Shown here piece by piece: positions 27,476 through 37,285 of a stretch of 64,000 nucleotides of DNA. Under the pieces are notes generated by a model, which did not search any database, was not told the origin of the DNA, and saw nothing but the letters and a program-made list of their open reading frames with translations. The first letter of the stretch is position 1; every line of letters starts with the position of its first letter. The DNA lies in the NCBI GenBank assembly GCA_041641305.1, contig JBEPYN010000001.1:1-64000 (forward strand), read 5' to 3'. The DNA is from Nitrososphaerota archaeon. Lineage in GTDB: Archaea > Thermoproteota > Nitrososphaeria_A > Caldarchaeales > Caldarchaeaceae. A program made the position numbers and the translations under genes.

Positions 27476-27915
27476 CTCTCAACCTGTGCCTTAACACTTT
27501 GTATGATGTCTTCGCTGTATCCTAGCTTTCTCAAGCCCTTTAACACGAGGGCCAGGTATGATGCTGAGGGGGTGAGCTTTGGACGCGGGTTAGTGGCGAC
27601 GTAGACATAGGCCTCGAGAGGTTTTCCACTGGCCTCCACCGTTATCTTGCGCCTGTGATATAGATGGGGGACACCTTCATACTTGTCGAGTTTTTCAAGC
27701 TGAGATTCCTCCAGAAGATATACTGCACCATACACAACCGAGCTAGGTGATTCTTCTATGTTTGCAACTCCTCCGCGCCAGCTGCTTGAGAAAACATTGA
27801 AGACGAGTCTGTAGCCTCTGAGGATGGCGGGTTTTAGGTCAAGCCAGCCACCAACCCGCCTTCTCATACCTTCCTGATCAAGGTTAGAGCCATACGCGAA
27901 ATACCAAACAGCCAT
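27472..27915 (-). CDS. Gamma-glutamylcyclotransferase (AIG2-like)
   Basis: YFAYGSNL, LDKYEG. Confidence 0.88.
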   Translation of the reverse strand: MAVWYFAYGSNLDQEGMRRRVGGWLDLKPAILRGYRLVFNVFSSSWRGGVANIEESPSSVVYGAVYLLEESQLEKLDKYEGVPHLYHRRKITVEASGKPLEAYVYVATNPRPKLTPSASYLALVLKGLRKLGYSEDIIQSVKAQVER

Positions 27916-27924
27916 ATCCAGCCT

Positions 27925-29196
27925 CTACAGGATAAAGTATTCTTTATCAACTCTTCTGTTTTCAACCCCGAGTCTCGACACCTCGAACTTTACCCCCCCA
28001 TGCAGTATTGCGTATTCTTTCCCAAAGAGTGCTGCTTCGGCTATTCTACCTATTGCGTCAGACTTCATAACGCCGCTTCCGCTTGCCCCAGTTACGACGA
28101 GGCAGTTGAGAAACCTGAATATTATGGGGTTTCCGTCGAGGTAGTTCATGGAGTATGTACCGGCCCACATGGCCGAAGGCCTTGCGTTGAGGAACTGTGG
28201 ATAGTATTTCACGAGTGGGGGGTAAACGCTGTCATGATAGTAGCTTGGCTCAGGCTCGTCGTCCAGCCCGAATCCTCTGCCTACTTCGTCGGTGAGACTG
28301 ACCCAGAAGGCTTTTTCCCTGGTTCTCGGAACTATGTAGAGTCCGTTGGGGAAAAACATCATGGGCATGGGTCTTCCACCGTCCCACGTGTTGTGTAGGA
28401 GGCTGTAAAGCTGCCCTTCCGCGGAGACAACAAACAACTGTCTTTTCTTAGCCTTGATGAAGCAGTCGACACCCAGCGGGTCGAGGAGCTGCGGCGTCCA
28501 TGAACCAGCTGCGACAACCAATCTCCCAGCCCTGATAACATCCCCGTCTGCAACCACTCCACCCACTTTAGCTTTCTGCCAGGCCCTCGGCTCACGCGGA
28601 ATGCCGAGGGAATTCTCAGCCTCGAGGATTAGTCTCTCAACCTTTTTGCCGAGTATGAGTTCAACACCTGCGCTGAGACATCTTTTTTTGTAGAGGTTTA
28701 CAACCTTCTCCACGTCGAGGAAACCGCATCGCGGAGCGAACAACCCCGCCCTGATGCTGCTCAAACCCATCAGCACAGCTTCCTCATCACCCGAAAAATC
28801 AGTCTGCATGAGAAGTTTTTTTGACAAGTCTTCCGCTTGGAGGAGGATTGCCTTCCCTTCATGCAAAAAGGTTTCAACCACGTTTCTCACTCTGTTTAAT
28901 CTATCGTCGTCCATTAGAATGAGATATCCTACTTCCCTCATGTTTAGCGTTGTTTCCCCGCTTGCCTCAGCTTCCCTCAAATGCTGAATCGTTGTTTCGG
29001 CGAGAACTCGGTTTACGTAGGATGTGAATATTCCCTGTCTGTATCCGCCGACGCTTTTGGCGGTGTTGGCCTGCCCAACGTCTCTGTCACGCTCTATGAT
29101 TGCCACCGAAAGCTCCCTGTGAAAGGTCTTGATGTAATAGGCTGAAGCAAGCCCCAAAACACCTCCTCCGATCACAACAACGTCAAAATCTGGCAC
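27925..29196 (-). CDS. FAD-dependent oxidoreductase, DAO/sarcosine oxidase beta family (probable GTG start at 29196)
   Basis: VVIGGGVLG, VAAGSW, WAG.Y, GSGVMK. Confidence 0.88.
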   Translation of the reverse strand: MPDFDVVVIGGGVLGLASAYYIKTFHRELSVAIIERDRDVGQANTAKSVGGYRQGIFTSYVNRVLAETTIQHLREAEASGETTLNMREVGYLILMDDDRLNRVRNVVETFLHEGKAILLQAEDLSKKLLMQTDFSGDEEAVLMGLSSIRAGLFAPRCGFLDVEKVVNLYKKRCLSAGVELILGKKVERLILEAENSLGIPREPRAWQKAKVGGVVADGDVIRAGRLVVAAGSWTPQLLDPLGVDCFIKAKKRQLFVVSAEGQLYSLLHNTWDGGRPMPMMFFPNGLYIVPRTREKAFWVSLTDEVGRGFGLDDEPEPSYYHDSVYPPLVKYYPQFLNARPSAMWAGTYSMNYLDGNPIIFRFLNCLVVTGASGSGVMKSDAIGRIAEAALFGKEYAILHGGVKFEVSRLGVENRRVDKEYFIL

Positions 29197-29270
29197 GGCA
29201 ATTAAGAAAAATTCTCGGCAAAAAGGGTTTATCAACATACATATTAGGCGCCGAAGCTGAGTGGGCAAGG

Positions 29271-30350
29271 ATGCAGATAATAAACAACTACCGCATCGAG
29301 CTCGAGGAGGCTGTCGAAAAGCTAAGAGAGATAAATGCATCAAAGTTACTGGTCCAGTCTCCGTTGGGCCTCCGCGCGGTAGCCGCATTAGTAGCCGAGC
29401 AACTGAAAAAGAGAGGCTATGACGTGATTTTATCAAGCTCAAACTGCTGGGGAGGATGCGACATAGCTCATACCGAGGCCAAGCATCTGAACGTGGAAGC
29501 CATCATCCATCTTGGACACAGCCGCTTCATTAATCAAGAGCAGGTTCCGACAATATATCTCGAATGCCGTTATGCCGACCCATCACCAGTCTACGCGTTG
29601 CTGGAGAAGGTTGCGGAGGCGCTCAAAGGATTCTCAAAAGTTGGGATTGGGGCGAGTGTTCAGTGGCTCGACTATGTACCCCTTGTGAAGGAAAATCTGG
29701 AGCATGTAGGTGTTAAAGCCTTTACCGCCAAACCCGACATGTTCTCTCAATATGATTCACAGGTGCTCGGATGCGATGTTTCGGCCCTCAAGAGGCTCGA
29801 GGAAAAAGTGGATAGCTTCCTCGTTCTGGGGAGCGTGTTCCATGCACTTGGGATGGCTGTGTCAACCAGAAAGCCCGTATACGCCGCCGACCCACATACA
29901 CAGACGGTTAAAAACCTTGACAAAATGAGAGAAAATATCCTCAGACAACGCTACGCACAAATTACACGATTCCGCCAAAGCAATTCTATAGGCGTCCTAG
30001 TAAGCATCAAACCAGGGCAGAAAAGGTTAGGTCTCGCAAAGAGAATTAACCAGATATTAAACACTCATGGAAAAAATAGCACAATTGTCTCAGCCGATGA
30101 GATAACTCCAAGCACAATTTTGGAAAACCGCTTCGAGGCATTTGTAAACACCGCCTGTCCAAGACTTAGTATAGAGGATCAAGCGCAGTTCGCAAAGCCT
30201 GTGCTGCTTCCTGTGGAGACTCTCGTGGGCCTAGATTTGATTGATTGGAGCGAAGTGGTTGAGCATGGTTTCCTAATGTATCCATGGGGATGGCACAATC
30301 AAGAGGTGGGTGAAAGGTTTTGGAGAAAAATGAGGCTGGCTCAGGTTTAA
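29271..30350 (+). CDS. dph2: Diphthamide synthesis enzyme Dph2
   Basis: WGGCD, HLGHS, QVLGCD, KPGQ, TACPRL (three Fe-S Cys). Confidence 0.93.
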   Translation: MQIINNYRIELEEAVEKLREINASKLLVQSPLGLRAVAALVAEQLKKRGYDVILSSSNCWGGCDIAHTEAKHLNVEAIIHLGHSRFINQEQVPTIYLECRYADPSPVYALLEKVAEALKGFSKVGIGASVQWLDYVPLVKENLEHVGVKAFTAKPDMFSQYDSQVLGCDVSALKRLEEKVDSFLVLGSVFHALGMAVSTRKPVYAADPHTQTVKNLDKMRENILRQRYAQITRFRQSNSIGVLVSIKPGQKRLGLAKRINQILNTHGKNSTIVSADEITPSTILENRFEAFVNTACPRLSIEDQAQFAKPVLLPVETLVGLDLIDWSEVVEHGFLMYPWGWHNQEVGERFWRKMRLAQV

Positions 30351-30919
30351 GGAAGAGGCTCGTGGTGCCGGGTGAGGTTCTCTGCGTCACGGAAGAGTTT
30401 CTACCGCGTCTAGGCGCTTTTGTAAACGGTGATGGAAACGTGAAAGCAAGAGTGGTCGGGGAAGCGGTTTACGACCTCAAGGCTAAGGAGGTGAGTGTGA
30501 AGCCCGTTAAGGAGATAATTGACATCAGGCCAGGAGACCGCGTTATTGCCGAGATTAAGGATGTGCAGGAAAAGATAGCCGTTGCGGAGGCCTTTGTCAA
30601 ACTGCCAAGCACTCCTCTGAAATATAGGCGGACTGGAATAGTGGTTGCGAAGAGAAACGATGTTTTAGAGAATATGCTCAGCGTAGGGGACATAGCCATC
30701 CTAGCTGTCAGAGGCGTTTACCGAGGATTGAATACATTTGACATCTACTCCCCCGGATGCGGTGTGATGCTCGCTATTTGCAGCGTCTGCGGAGGGGTCT
30801 TGGATAAAAGGGACAACTTCCTCACATGTGGTAAATGCGGTAACCGCGAGAGGCGGAAAACAGTGTTAAAATACGGGAACTTGGATATTCTAAAACAGCT
30901 TGTCGGTGAAGCACTGTGA
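30320..30919 (+). CDS. csl4: Exosome RNA-binding subunit Csl4
   Basis: VVPGE, S1-like region, CSVC...CGKCGNRERRK zinc ribbon. Confidence 0.88.
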   Translation: MEKNEAGSGLRKRLVVPGEVLCVTEEFLPRLGAFVNGDGNVKARVVGEAVYDLKAKEVSVKPVKEIIDIRPGDRVIAEIKDVQEKIAVAEAFVKLPSTPLKYRRTGIVVAKRNDVLENMLSVGDIAILAVRGVYRGLNTFDIYSPGCGVMLAICSVCGGVLDKRDNFLTCGKCGNRERRKTVLKYGNLDILKQLVGEAL

Positions 30920-31194
30920 AGATGAAAATCATAGAGGAAAGCGGAGATTTTCTGGCGATAGGTTTGAGGGACGTTGATCAGTCGATTGTCAACCTGTTCA
31001 CAGAAACCCTGAATAACATCGATGGGGTGAGCTACGCTGGGTATAGAGTCGAGCATCCACTCACAGGAGAAATAACAGTTTCGCTAAAAGTTGAGCCATC
31101 TAAGACAACACCTTGGAAAGCTGTTCAGAAAGCTCTCGAGCAACTTGAGGAAATCTTCAAGTCCCTTGACAAGAAGCTTGAAGCGTTGAGGTGA
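30916..31194 (+). CDS. rpoL: RNA polymerase subunit L (Rpo11)
   Basis: AGYRVEHPL; follows csl4. Confidence 0.9.
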   Translation: MKMKIIEESGDFLAIGLRDVDQSIVNLFTETLNNIDGVSYAGYRVEHPLTGEITVSLKVEPSKTTPWKAVQKALEQLEEIFKSLDKKLEALR

Positions 31195-31198
31195 GAGC

Positions 31199-31531
31199 AT
31201 GGAGTTTTGTCCAAAGTGTGGGAAAACATTGTCGCCCTCGAGAGTAGGAGGCAAGGCCATGCTTGTGTGTAAGAGATGTGGTTATCAGAAGCCACTTGAG
31301 GGGGAGAAAGTGGTTGTTAAGGTGGAGCGTGAAAACACTGGCTCAAAAAGCGTCACTGACATAATCGAGGCCGAGGAGGCGCCTCTACCCACAACAACTG
31401 ATGTTGTCTGTCCCCAGTGTGGACATAATGAGGCAAAGTGGTGGACGGTTCAAACGCGGTCGGCCGACGAGCCGATGACACAGTTCTTTAGATGCGTGAA
31501 ATGCGGCCATACATGGCGTGAATACGCCTAA
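31199..31531 (+). CDS. tfs: Transcription factor S
   Basis: Two zinc ribbons; QTRSADEPMT acidic hairpin. Confidence 0.95.
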   Translation: MEFCPKCGKTLSPSRVGGKAMLVCKRCGYQKPLEGEKVVVKVERENTGSKSVTDIIEAEEAPLPTTTDVVCPQCGHNEAKWWTVQTRSADEPMTQFFRCVKCGHTWREYA

Positions 31532-32232
31532 TACGTCACGAAGTTCAAAATCTTTCCGAACTGAAAAGGCTTGACGTTTCTCAGAAAGTCTTGAGAAGCC
31601 GCAATAGCGCAGACACCCACCATCTCACCCCGTCCAGAGACAAGCTGTGCCCTTAGTTCTTTCAATGGGACATGAGTATCCAGGACCCCAGCCATGACAA
31701 GGAGATGATGTTTAAACGCCTCACGAGGGACAAAAAGTCTCTGAACAATACGTGCCTGCCTGTTTTTGTATCTGATTTCAATCCATCTGTCGGAAATATA
31801 TGCCTCAGTACTTTGTGCGTAGTAAACTTTTTTCAGCGTAGATAAACCGAAACCGGTTGCAACCACTATCCCCGCCCTGTCCACTCCGAGAACCGCGTCG
31901 ACCCTATATCCAGAGAATTCTTTCAGCATGTAGGCGACGAGCAGCTCCACCAAGCTGCTTTCGGAAACTATCTGTGAAACATCAACTTCATCCTCGGTCA
32001 CAACCACACGTTGATTTATGATTGCTTGAATATCCAGCTTAGAGATAAGATTATCTATCAAGGCTTGGGCACGTTTTCCATGTGGGATAGTTTTGTTGGT
32101 AACGTATCTTGTCAAAGTTGATACGGGTATGCCTGTTTGCTTGGAGAGGATCTTATAGTCCATGCTGGTTTTGAGTGTTTTCAAAATCTGTACAGCAAGG
32201 TATGATAAGTAGGCGTTCGATGCTTTCTTCAA
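31528..32232 (-). CDS. HTH-phosphoribosyltransferase-fold protein (PurR-like regulator)
   Basis: N-terminal HTH (YKILSKQTGIPVSTLTRYV); PRTase-like body with the PRPP DD motif replaced (LLVMAGVLDT). Confidence 0.7.
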   Translation of the reverse strand: MKKASNAYLSYLAVQILKTLKTSMDYKILSKQTGIPVSTLTRYVTNKTIPHGKRAQALIDNLISKLDIQAIINQRVVVTEDEVDVSQIVSESSLVELLVAYMLKEFSGYRVDAVLGVDRAGIVVATGFGLSTLKKVYYAQSTEAYISDRWIEIRYKNRQARIVQRLFVPREAFKHHLLVMAGVLDTHVPLKELRAQLVSGRGEMVGVCAIAASQDFLRNVKPFQFGKILNFVTY

Positions 32233-32322
32233 ACCTCCTCAAGAGGAATTTGCCCAAATATAGGATTTTCAAGATCGAAAATGGTAAAAACTAAATACAT
32301 TCAGCAAAGATATGTAGGTGGT

Positions 32323-34506
32323 TTGCGAAGGGTTTACAGCGCGTATGATGCGGTGCGTGGGGCTCCAATATACACCGAGGACATAGTACCTGAGAACGCT
32401 CTCCGTGTTAAGGCTCTAAGGTCTGAGTATCCGCATGCGTTGATAAAACGTGTAGATGTCTCAGCTGCTATGCAGGTGCCCGGCGTGGTCGCGGTCTTCA
32501 CCGCCCTAGATGTACCGGGTCAAAACATAACGGGTGCGGTTGTGCTGGACAGGCCTTTCCTCGCATATAACAAGGTTAGATGCCTGGCTGACCCCATAGC
32601 GCTTGTGGTCGCGGTTGATGAGGAAGCCGCAGACAAGGCGATTGAGAAGATAGTTGTCGACTATGAGGTTTTCGAGCCCGTCTACGATCCTGTTAAAGCG
32701 CTTGAGGAATCGGCTCCAAGGGTGCATGAAAATAATCTGCTCCGCCACTATAGGCTACGTAAAGGAGACATAACTCGTGGCTTTAACGAGTCAGACATCA
32801 TCGTGGAGGAGGAGTTTAGGACGCAGATGCAGGACCCGGCTCCTCTCGAGACTGAGGCTGCATACGCTGTCCCCGAGGAAGACGGCAGCCTAACAATCTA
32901 CGGCAGCATCCAGAACCCCTTCTATGTGCTAACAGGTGTCTCGAGAATACTTGGTCTACCGCGTGAAAAAATTAACCTGGTTGTGATGGCTATTGGTGGG
33001 ACTTTTGGAGGAAAATCCGACGAGGCGCCTTGGGATGTCTGCGCAATGGCTGGGCTTGCCGCACTAAAGACAGGGAAACCTGCAGCATGTATCTACGGTC
33101 GCGACGAGTCAATGATAGCTCATTCTCATCGACACCCAGCCGTAATGCGCTATAAGGTCGGAGCAACTATGGATGGCAGGCTAAAGGCATTGGATGCCGA
33201 CCTCTTCTTCGACACAGGAGCCTATGCCTCTGTCGGCCCACTCGTCATGCTCAGAGCGGTGACCCACGCAGCCGGGCCATATGTTGTGGAAAACGTAAGA
33301 GTAGACTCCTACCTCGTTTACACAAACAATTTGACGGCTGGGTCGATGAGAGGCTTTGGTTCCCCCCAGGTTCACTTCGCTGTTGAGTCTATGATGGATA
33401 TTCTTGCGGAGAAGCTTGGAATGGATCCTGTTGAGCTTCGGCTGAAAAATGCTTGGAGACAGGGAGTAGTAACCGCAAGCGACGCTGTCTTGATGGATAA
33501 TCCAGATTTTGGCATATTGGCTGAGAAGGTGTGCGAGAGGCTGGGATGGAGGCACGGAGAGAAAAATCCGGACGAGGGTGTGGGCATAGCTTTCATGGCT
33601 CATGGCAACAGCCTCGGTCCAGAGGGTGAAGACAAGTCCTCGGCAACGGTTAGAATATCGTCCGATGGCATGGTCCACGTCGCCACCTCTTTGACTGAGT
33701 ATGGCACAGGCGCTTCACGCGGGTTTGCGAAAATAGCTGCATCTGTTCTGGGTGTGCCCGAGGAGAGGATCGTTGTGGACCGTGTTGAGACAAAGAAAGT
33801 CCCTGACTCGGGTGGAACGTTTGCATCCCGCTCCACCCTCATGGGCGGAAACGCCGTCTATCTTGCAGCCAAGAAACTGAGGGAAAGGGTTGAGCAGTTG
33901 ATCAAAGAGTCTGGCCAAACAGGTGTGAACGTCGCAGATTTTGTCCGCGACATCCTGCGTGAAGAGGTATCTGAGTATGCGGAGTTTAAGTTACCCGCAT
34001 GCGATTACGATCCCGAAACTGGAAAGGGAACGCCCTATCTTCAATACACCTATGGTGTTGTGGGTGTGCGTGTAAAGGTTGACAGGGAGCTTGGTATTGT
34101 GAGGGTGAAGGATATTGTGGCTGCTTTTGATGTTGGACGCGTGGTCAACAAAGGGTATTTGACGGCTCAGCTGGAGGGCGGGATCACTCAGGGAGTCGCT
34201 TACGGCCTTCTCGAAGAGCTTGTAATCGGGAAAAAGCATAAGGTTCTCAACCCCAACCTCGCCGACTACCTTGTCCCCACCGCAGCCGACATGCCTCGTG
34301 TAGAGGTCATCGTCGTCGAAAACCCCAGCCCACTAACGCCCATCGGGACAAGAACCGCAGGCGAACCGGGGATAGACGCACCCGCAGCAGCCATAGCCAA
34401 CGCCGTCCACGACGCCCTCAAAATCAGAATAACATCTCTCCCAATAACCCCGGAGAAAGTATTGGTTGCTTTGGAGAAAGCTCAAGCTATTGCCGCAACT
34501 GTTTAA
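32323..34506 (+). CDS. Xanthine dehydrogenase-family Mo-binding subunit (probable TTG start at 32323)
   Basis: SEYPHA, GGTFGGK, MRGFGSPQ, TFASRS, QLEGG, GEPG. Confidence 0.92.
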   Translation: MRRVYSAYDAVRGAPIYTEDIVPENALRVKALRSEYPHALIKRVDVSAAMQVPGVVAVFTALDVPGQNITGAVVLDRPFLAYNKVRCLADPIALVVAVDEEAADKAIEKIVVDYEVFEPVYDPVKALEESAPRVHENNLLRHYRLRKGDITRGFNESDIIVEEEFRTQMQDPAPLETEAAYAVPEEDGSLTIYGSIQNPFYVLTGVSRILGLPREKINLVVMAIGGTFGGKSDEAPWDVCAMAGLAALKTGKPAACIYGRDESMIAHSHRHPAVMRYKVGATMDGRLKALDADLFFDTGAYASVGPLVMLRAVTHAAGPYVVENVRVDSYLVYTNNLTAGSMRGFGSPQVHFAVESMMDILAEKLGMDPVELRLKNAWRQGVVTASDAVLMDNPDFGILAEKVCERLGWRHGEKNPDEGVGIAFMAHGNSLGPEGEDKSSATVRISSDGMVHVATSLTEYGTGASRGFAKIAASVLGVPEERIVVDRVETKKVPDSGGTFASRSTLMGGNAVYLAAKKLRERVEQLIKESGQTGVNVADFVRDILREEVSEYAEFKLPACDYDPETGKGTPYLQYTYGVVGVRVKVDRELGIVRVKDIVAAFDVGRVVNKGYLTAQLEGGITQGVAYGLLEELVIGKKHKVLNPNLADYLVPTAADMPRVEVIVVENPSPLTPIGTRTAGEPGIDAPAAAIANAVHDALKIRITSLPITPEKVLVALEKAQAIAATV

Positions 34507-34957
34507 GGGCCGCCGACACAGCGTCGACGATCTTTGTGTATCCGCCGCATCGGCAAATGTTGGCTATGAGTATGTGTCTGATTGTCTGCTCATCGGCGTC
34601 GGGGTAGTTGTCGGCGATGTATTTCGCTGTTACAACGATGCCTGGTATGCAGAAGCCGCACTGGGATGCTGTGTACTCGAGGAGAGCTGACTGTATAGGG
34701 TGAAGGCTTTCCCCAGGTGTGATGCCCTCCAAAGTTGTTACATTTTTTCCACGGACTTGGACGGCGAGCATCATGCAGGAGTTGATGAGCTTGCCGTCGA
34801 CGATGACGTTGCATGAGCCGCAGTCCCCTGTGCCACAGGCCTCCTTCACACTCTTCATGCCGAGACGGCGGAGAAGATCCATCAACCGCTCGTTACCACG
34901 CAGCTCCGCTGAGACAGGCTTACCGTTAAGCACAAACTCAATCCTCATCAAAACCAC
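34487..34957 (-). CDS. Xanthine dehydrogenase-family 2Fe-2S subunit
   Basis: CGTGDCGSC..NSC, QCGFC, NICRCGGY. Confidence 0.95.
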   Translation of the reverse strand: MVLMRIEFVLNGKPVSAELRGNERLMDLLRRLGMKSVKEACGTGDCGSCNVIVDGKLINSCMMLAVQVRGKNVTTLEGITPGESLHPIQSALLEYTASQCGFCIPGIVVTAKYIADNYPDADEQTIRHILIANICRCGGYTKIVDAVSAALKQLRQ

Positions 34958-35816
34958 CCCTCATCAAGTAGCTCCAGCAAAACTCGAGACCACGCCTCAG
35001 CAAAACTTTTGAGACATGTTTTCTGAAGCTGCTGGAGGCCCTGAAGTCTGACGCAGGCCGTATCCTTGACACGCTTTCTTCAACAGCCTCCCTTAGCAGA
35101 CTTGGGTTAATCGCCTTCCCTATCAACGCATTTTCTAGGTCTGTGAGCCGACCCATCTGTCTGCCTTCAACCCTGTTCAAAACAATCCTCAGCTTCTTAA
35201 CTATGCCGTCAACAGCCTTCATGGAGACTGCGGCCGTCACAACCCCTATGCCGTTGGAGGCTCTCTTCTCAAACTTTGAGAACCATGAGACCGATCCAGG
35301 GCCCCAGTCACGGAAAACAGCCTCAGCAACAACTTCGCCACGTCGCAGAGAAAGCTCAAGCGGCCCCGCAACCCTCTCACCCTCAGGGCCAACAATCTTC
35401 ACCTCCCCGTCGAGAGAGGCCATTATAGCGGGAATGTCTCGCTCACCGCCTGAGGCGAGGTTGCCCCCAACGGTTGCCATGTGTCGGGTGGTCTCTGCTC
35501 CGAAGTATTTGCTGAGCCAGCGTATGGATAAGTAGTTCCTCGGAATTGCTGGGGAGTTGGCGAGTTCATGCACCGTCGCCAGCCCGCCTACTCGGATTAT
35601 CTCCCTCTCCCTCTTCACATATCGTAGCTCATTCACACCCGACAGATCGATAACAGCCCGCGGCCGAATTTTTCCACGCCGCATAAAAGGCATCAAATCC
35701 GTGCCACCTGCGTACAGCACAACATCACCGTCAAGACGCGAATATAGACTGATAACCTCTCGAAGCGACGAAGGAGTGTAGACCTCGAAGCTGGGGACAG
35801 CCTTCAACCAAATCAT
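34938..35816 (-). CDS. Xanthine dehydrogenase-family FAD subunit
   Basis: AGGTDL, ATVGGNL, SDFRAS. Confidence 0.92.
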   Translation of the reverse strand: MIWLKAVPSFEVYTPSSLREVISLYSRLDGDVVLYAGGTDLMPFMRRGKIRPRAVIDLSGVNELRYVKREREIIRVGGLATVHELANSPAIPRNYLSIRWLSKYFGAETTRHMATVGGNLASGGERDIPAIMASLDGEVKIVGPEGERVAGPLELSLRRGEVVAEAVFRDWGPGSVSWFSKFEKRASNGIGVVTAAVSMKAVDGIVKKLRIVLNRVEGRQMGRLTDLENALIGKAINPSLLREAVEESVSRIRPASDFRASSSFRKHVSKVLLRRGLEFCWSYLMRGGFDED

Positions 35817-35890
35817 TTTTGTTACGGATGAATATAAGGAAATGGCTGACCGTCTCTACATCGTTATATTTCCGTGTAGAGGTTATTGTT

Positions 35891-37285
35891 GTGTTGGCGA
35901 AAGACGGATTCGATCTCATGGTTCGTAACTGTAGGGTAGTGGATGTGGATGGTGTTTACGAGGCTGACATAGCTGTCGCTGGCGGAAGGATTGCGGCCAT
36001 CGGCCGCAGACTGGAGGCACGTGCCGAGAAAATATACGATGCAGGCGGACGCTATGTTTTTCCTGGAGCGATAGACGGCCACGTCCACTTCAAGCTCAAG
36101 TATTTCGAGAACGTCTACACAGCCGACGATTTTTACACGGGAACAGTTGCGGCGGCATGTGGTGGGGTCACGACGATAATCGACTTCGTGACACCTGAGA
36201 CCAAGGACTATGTTGAGGATTTTCGGAGACGGAGAGCCGAGGCAGATGGAGAGGTAGTCGTAGATTATGGGCTCCACATGAGCGTGACGGACTACGACGA
36301 AAAGATAGAGAGGATGCTCATTCACCTTTTTGAGAATGAAGGTCTCGCTAGCGTGAAGATGTTCACCGCCTATAGCCGCAGAGGCCTCATGCTCGACGAC
36401 GGAAAAGCATACAGGCTGATGAAGCTCTGCGGTGAGAAAAACGTCCTGGTCATGGTTCATGCCGAGAACGAGCATCTCATCAACACTTTTGTGGAAGAGT
36501 TTGTTTCACAGGGCAAGACCGAGCCTATTTACCATTCGCGGAGTAGACCAGATTTTGTGGAGGCCGAGGCGGTGAACCGGGTCGCTTTCTTATCTGGTTT
36601 GACGGGTGCCGAGATACTTATTGTCCACGTCTCCTCGGCGATGGGTCTCGACGCGATACAGGAGGCGAGGCAGAAAGGTGTGAAGATTCATGGGGAAACT
36701 TGTCCACACTATCTTATGTTCACTGAAGATGTGTATTTGAAACCTGACGGAGCGAAGTTCATTATGTCTCCTCCTCTTAAGAAGGAGCATGACAGAGAGG
36801 TGTTGTGGAAAGGCGTTTTGACCGATGGGTTTTCAGTGGTTGGAAGCGACCACGCCTGCTTCAACTTGTCACAGAAACTTGGACACAAAAGCTTTACAAC
36901 TGTTCCAGGCGGTGTGGCTGGGACCGAGGTGATACCCATGATACTTTTCTCAGAAGGTGTTGTGAAGCGGGGGATGCCTCTTAGCCGCTTCATCACTTTG
37001 ACAGCTCTAAACCCAGCCAAGCTATATGGCGTCTATCCGCGGAAAGGTGTCATCAGGGTTGGCGCGGACGCCGACTTCTACATCCTAGACCCATCGCAGA
37101 AAACACGTCTTACAAGGGAAAACCTTCACAGCAACATAGACCACTCGATATACGAAGACGTCGAGGTCAGCTGCCGCATAGTAGCCACCTTCTCCCGGGG
37201 AGAACAGATAGTTGAAAACGGTGAATTCATCGGGAAACGGGGCAGAGGACAATACATCCCCATGAATAGAGGCGGAGGTGGATGA
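35891..37285 (+). CDS. hydA: Dihydropyrimidinase / D-hydantoinase
   Basis: IDGHVH, GGVTT, SVKMF, VHAEN, ETCPHYL, MSPPL, SDH. Confidence 0.9.
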   Translation: MLAKDGFDLMVRNCRVVDVDGVYEADIAVAGGRIAAIGRRLEARAEKIYDAGGRYVFPGAIDGHVHFKLKYFENVYTADDFYTGTVAAACGGVTTIIDFVTPETKDYVEDFRRRRAEADGEVVVDYGLHMSVTDYDEKIERMLIHLFENEGLASVKMFTAYSRRGLMLDDGKAYRLMKLCGEKNVLVMVHAENEHLINTFVEEFVSQGKTEPIYHSRSRPDFVEAEAVNRVAFLSGLTGAEILIVHVSSAMGLDAIQEARQKGVKIHGETCPHYLMFTEDVYLKPDGAKFIMSPPLKKEHDREVLWKGVLTDGFSVVGSDHACFNLSQKLGHKSFTTVPGGVAGTEVIPMILFSEGVVKRGMPLSRFITLTALNPAKLYGVYPRKGVIRVGADADFYILDPSQKTRLTRENLHSNIDHSIYEDVEVSCRIVATFSRGEQIVENGEFIGKRGRGQYIPMNRGGGG

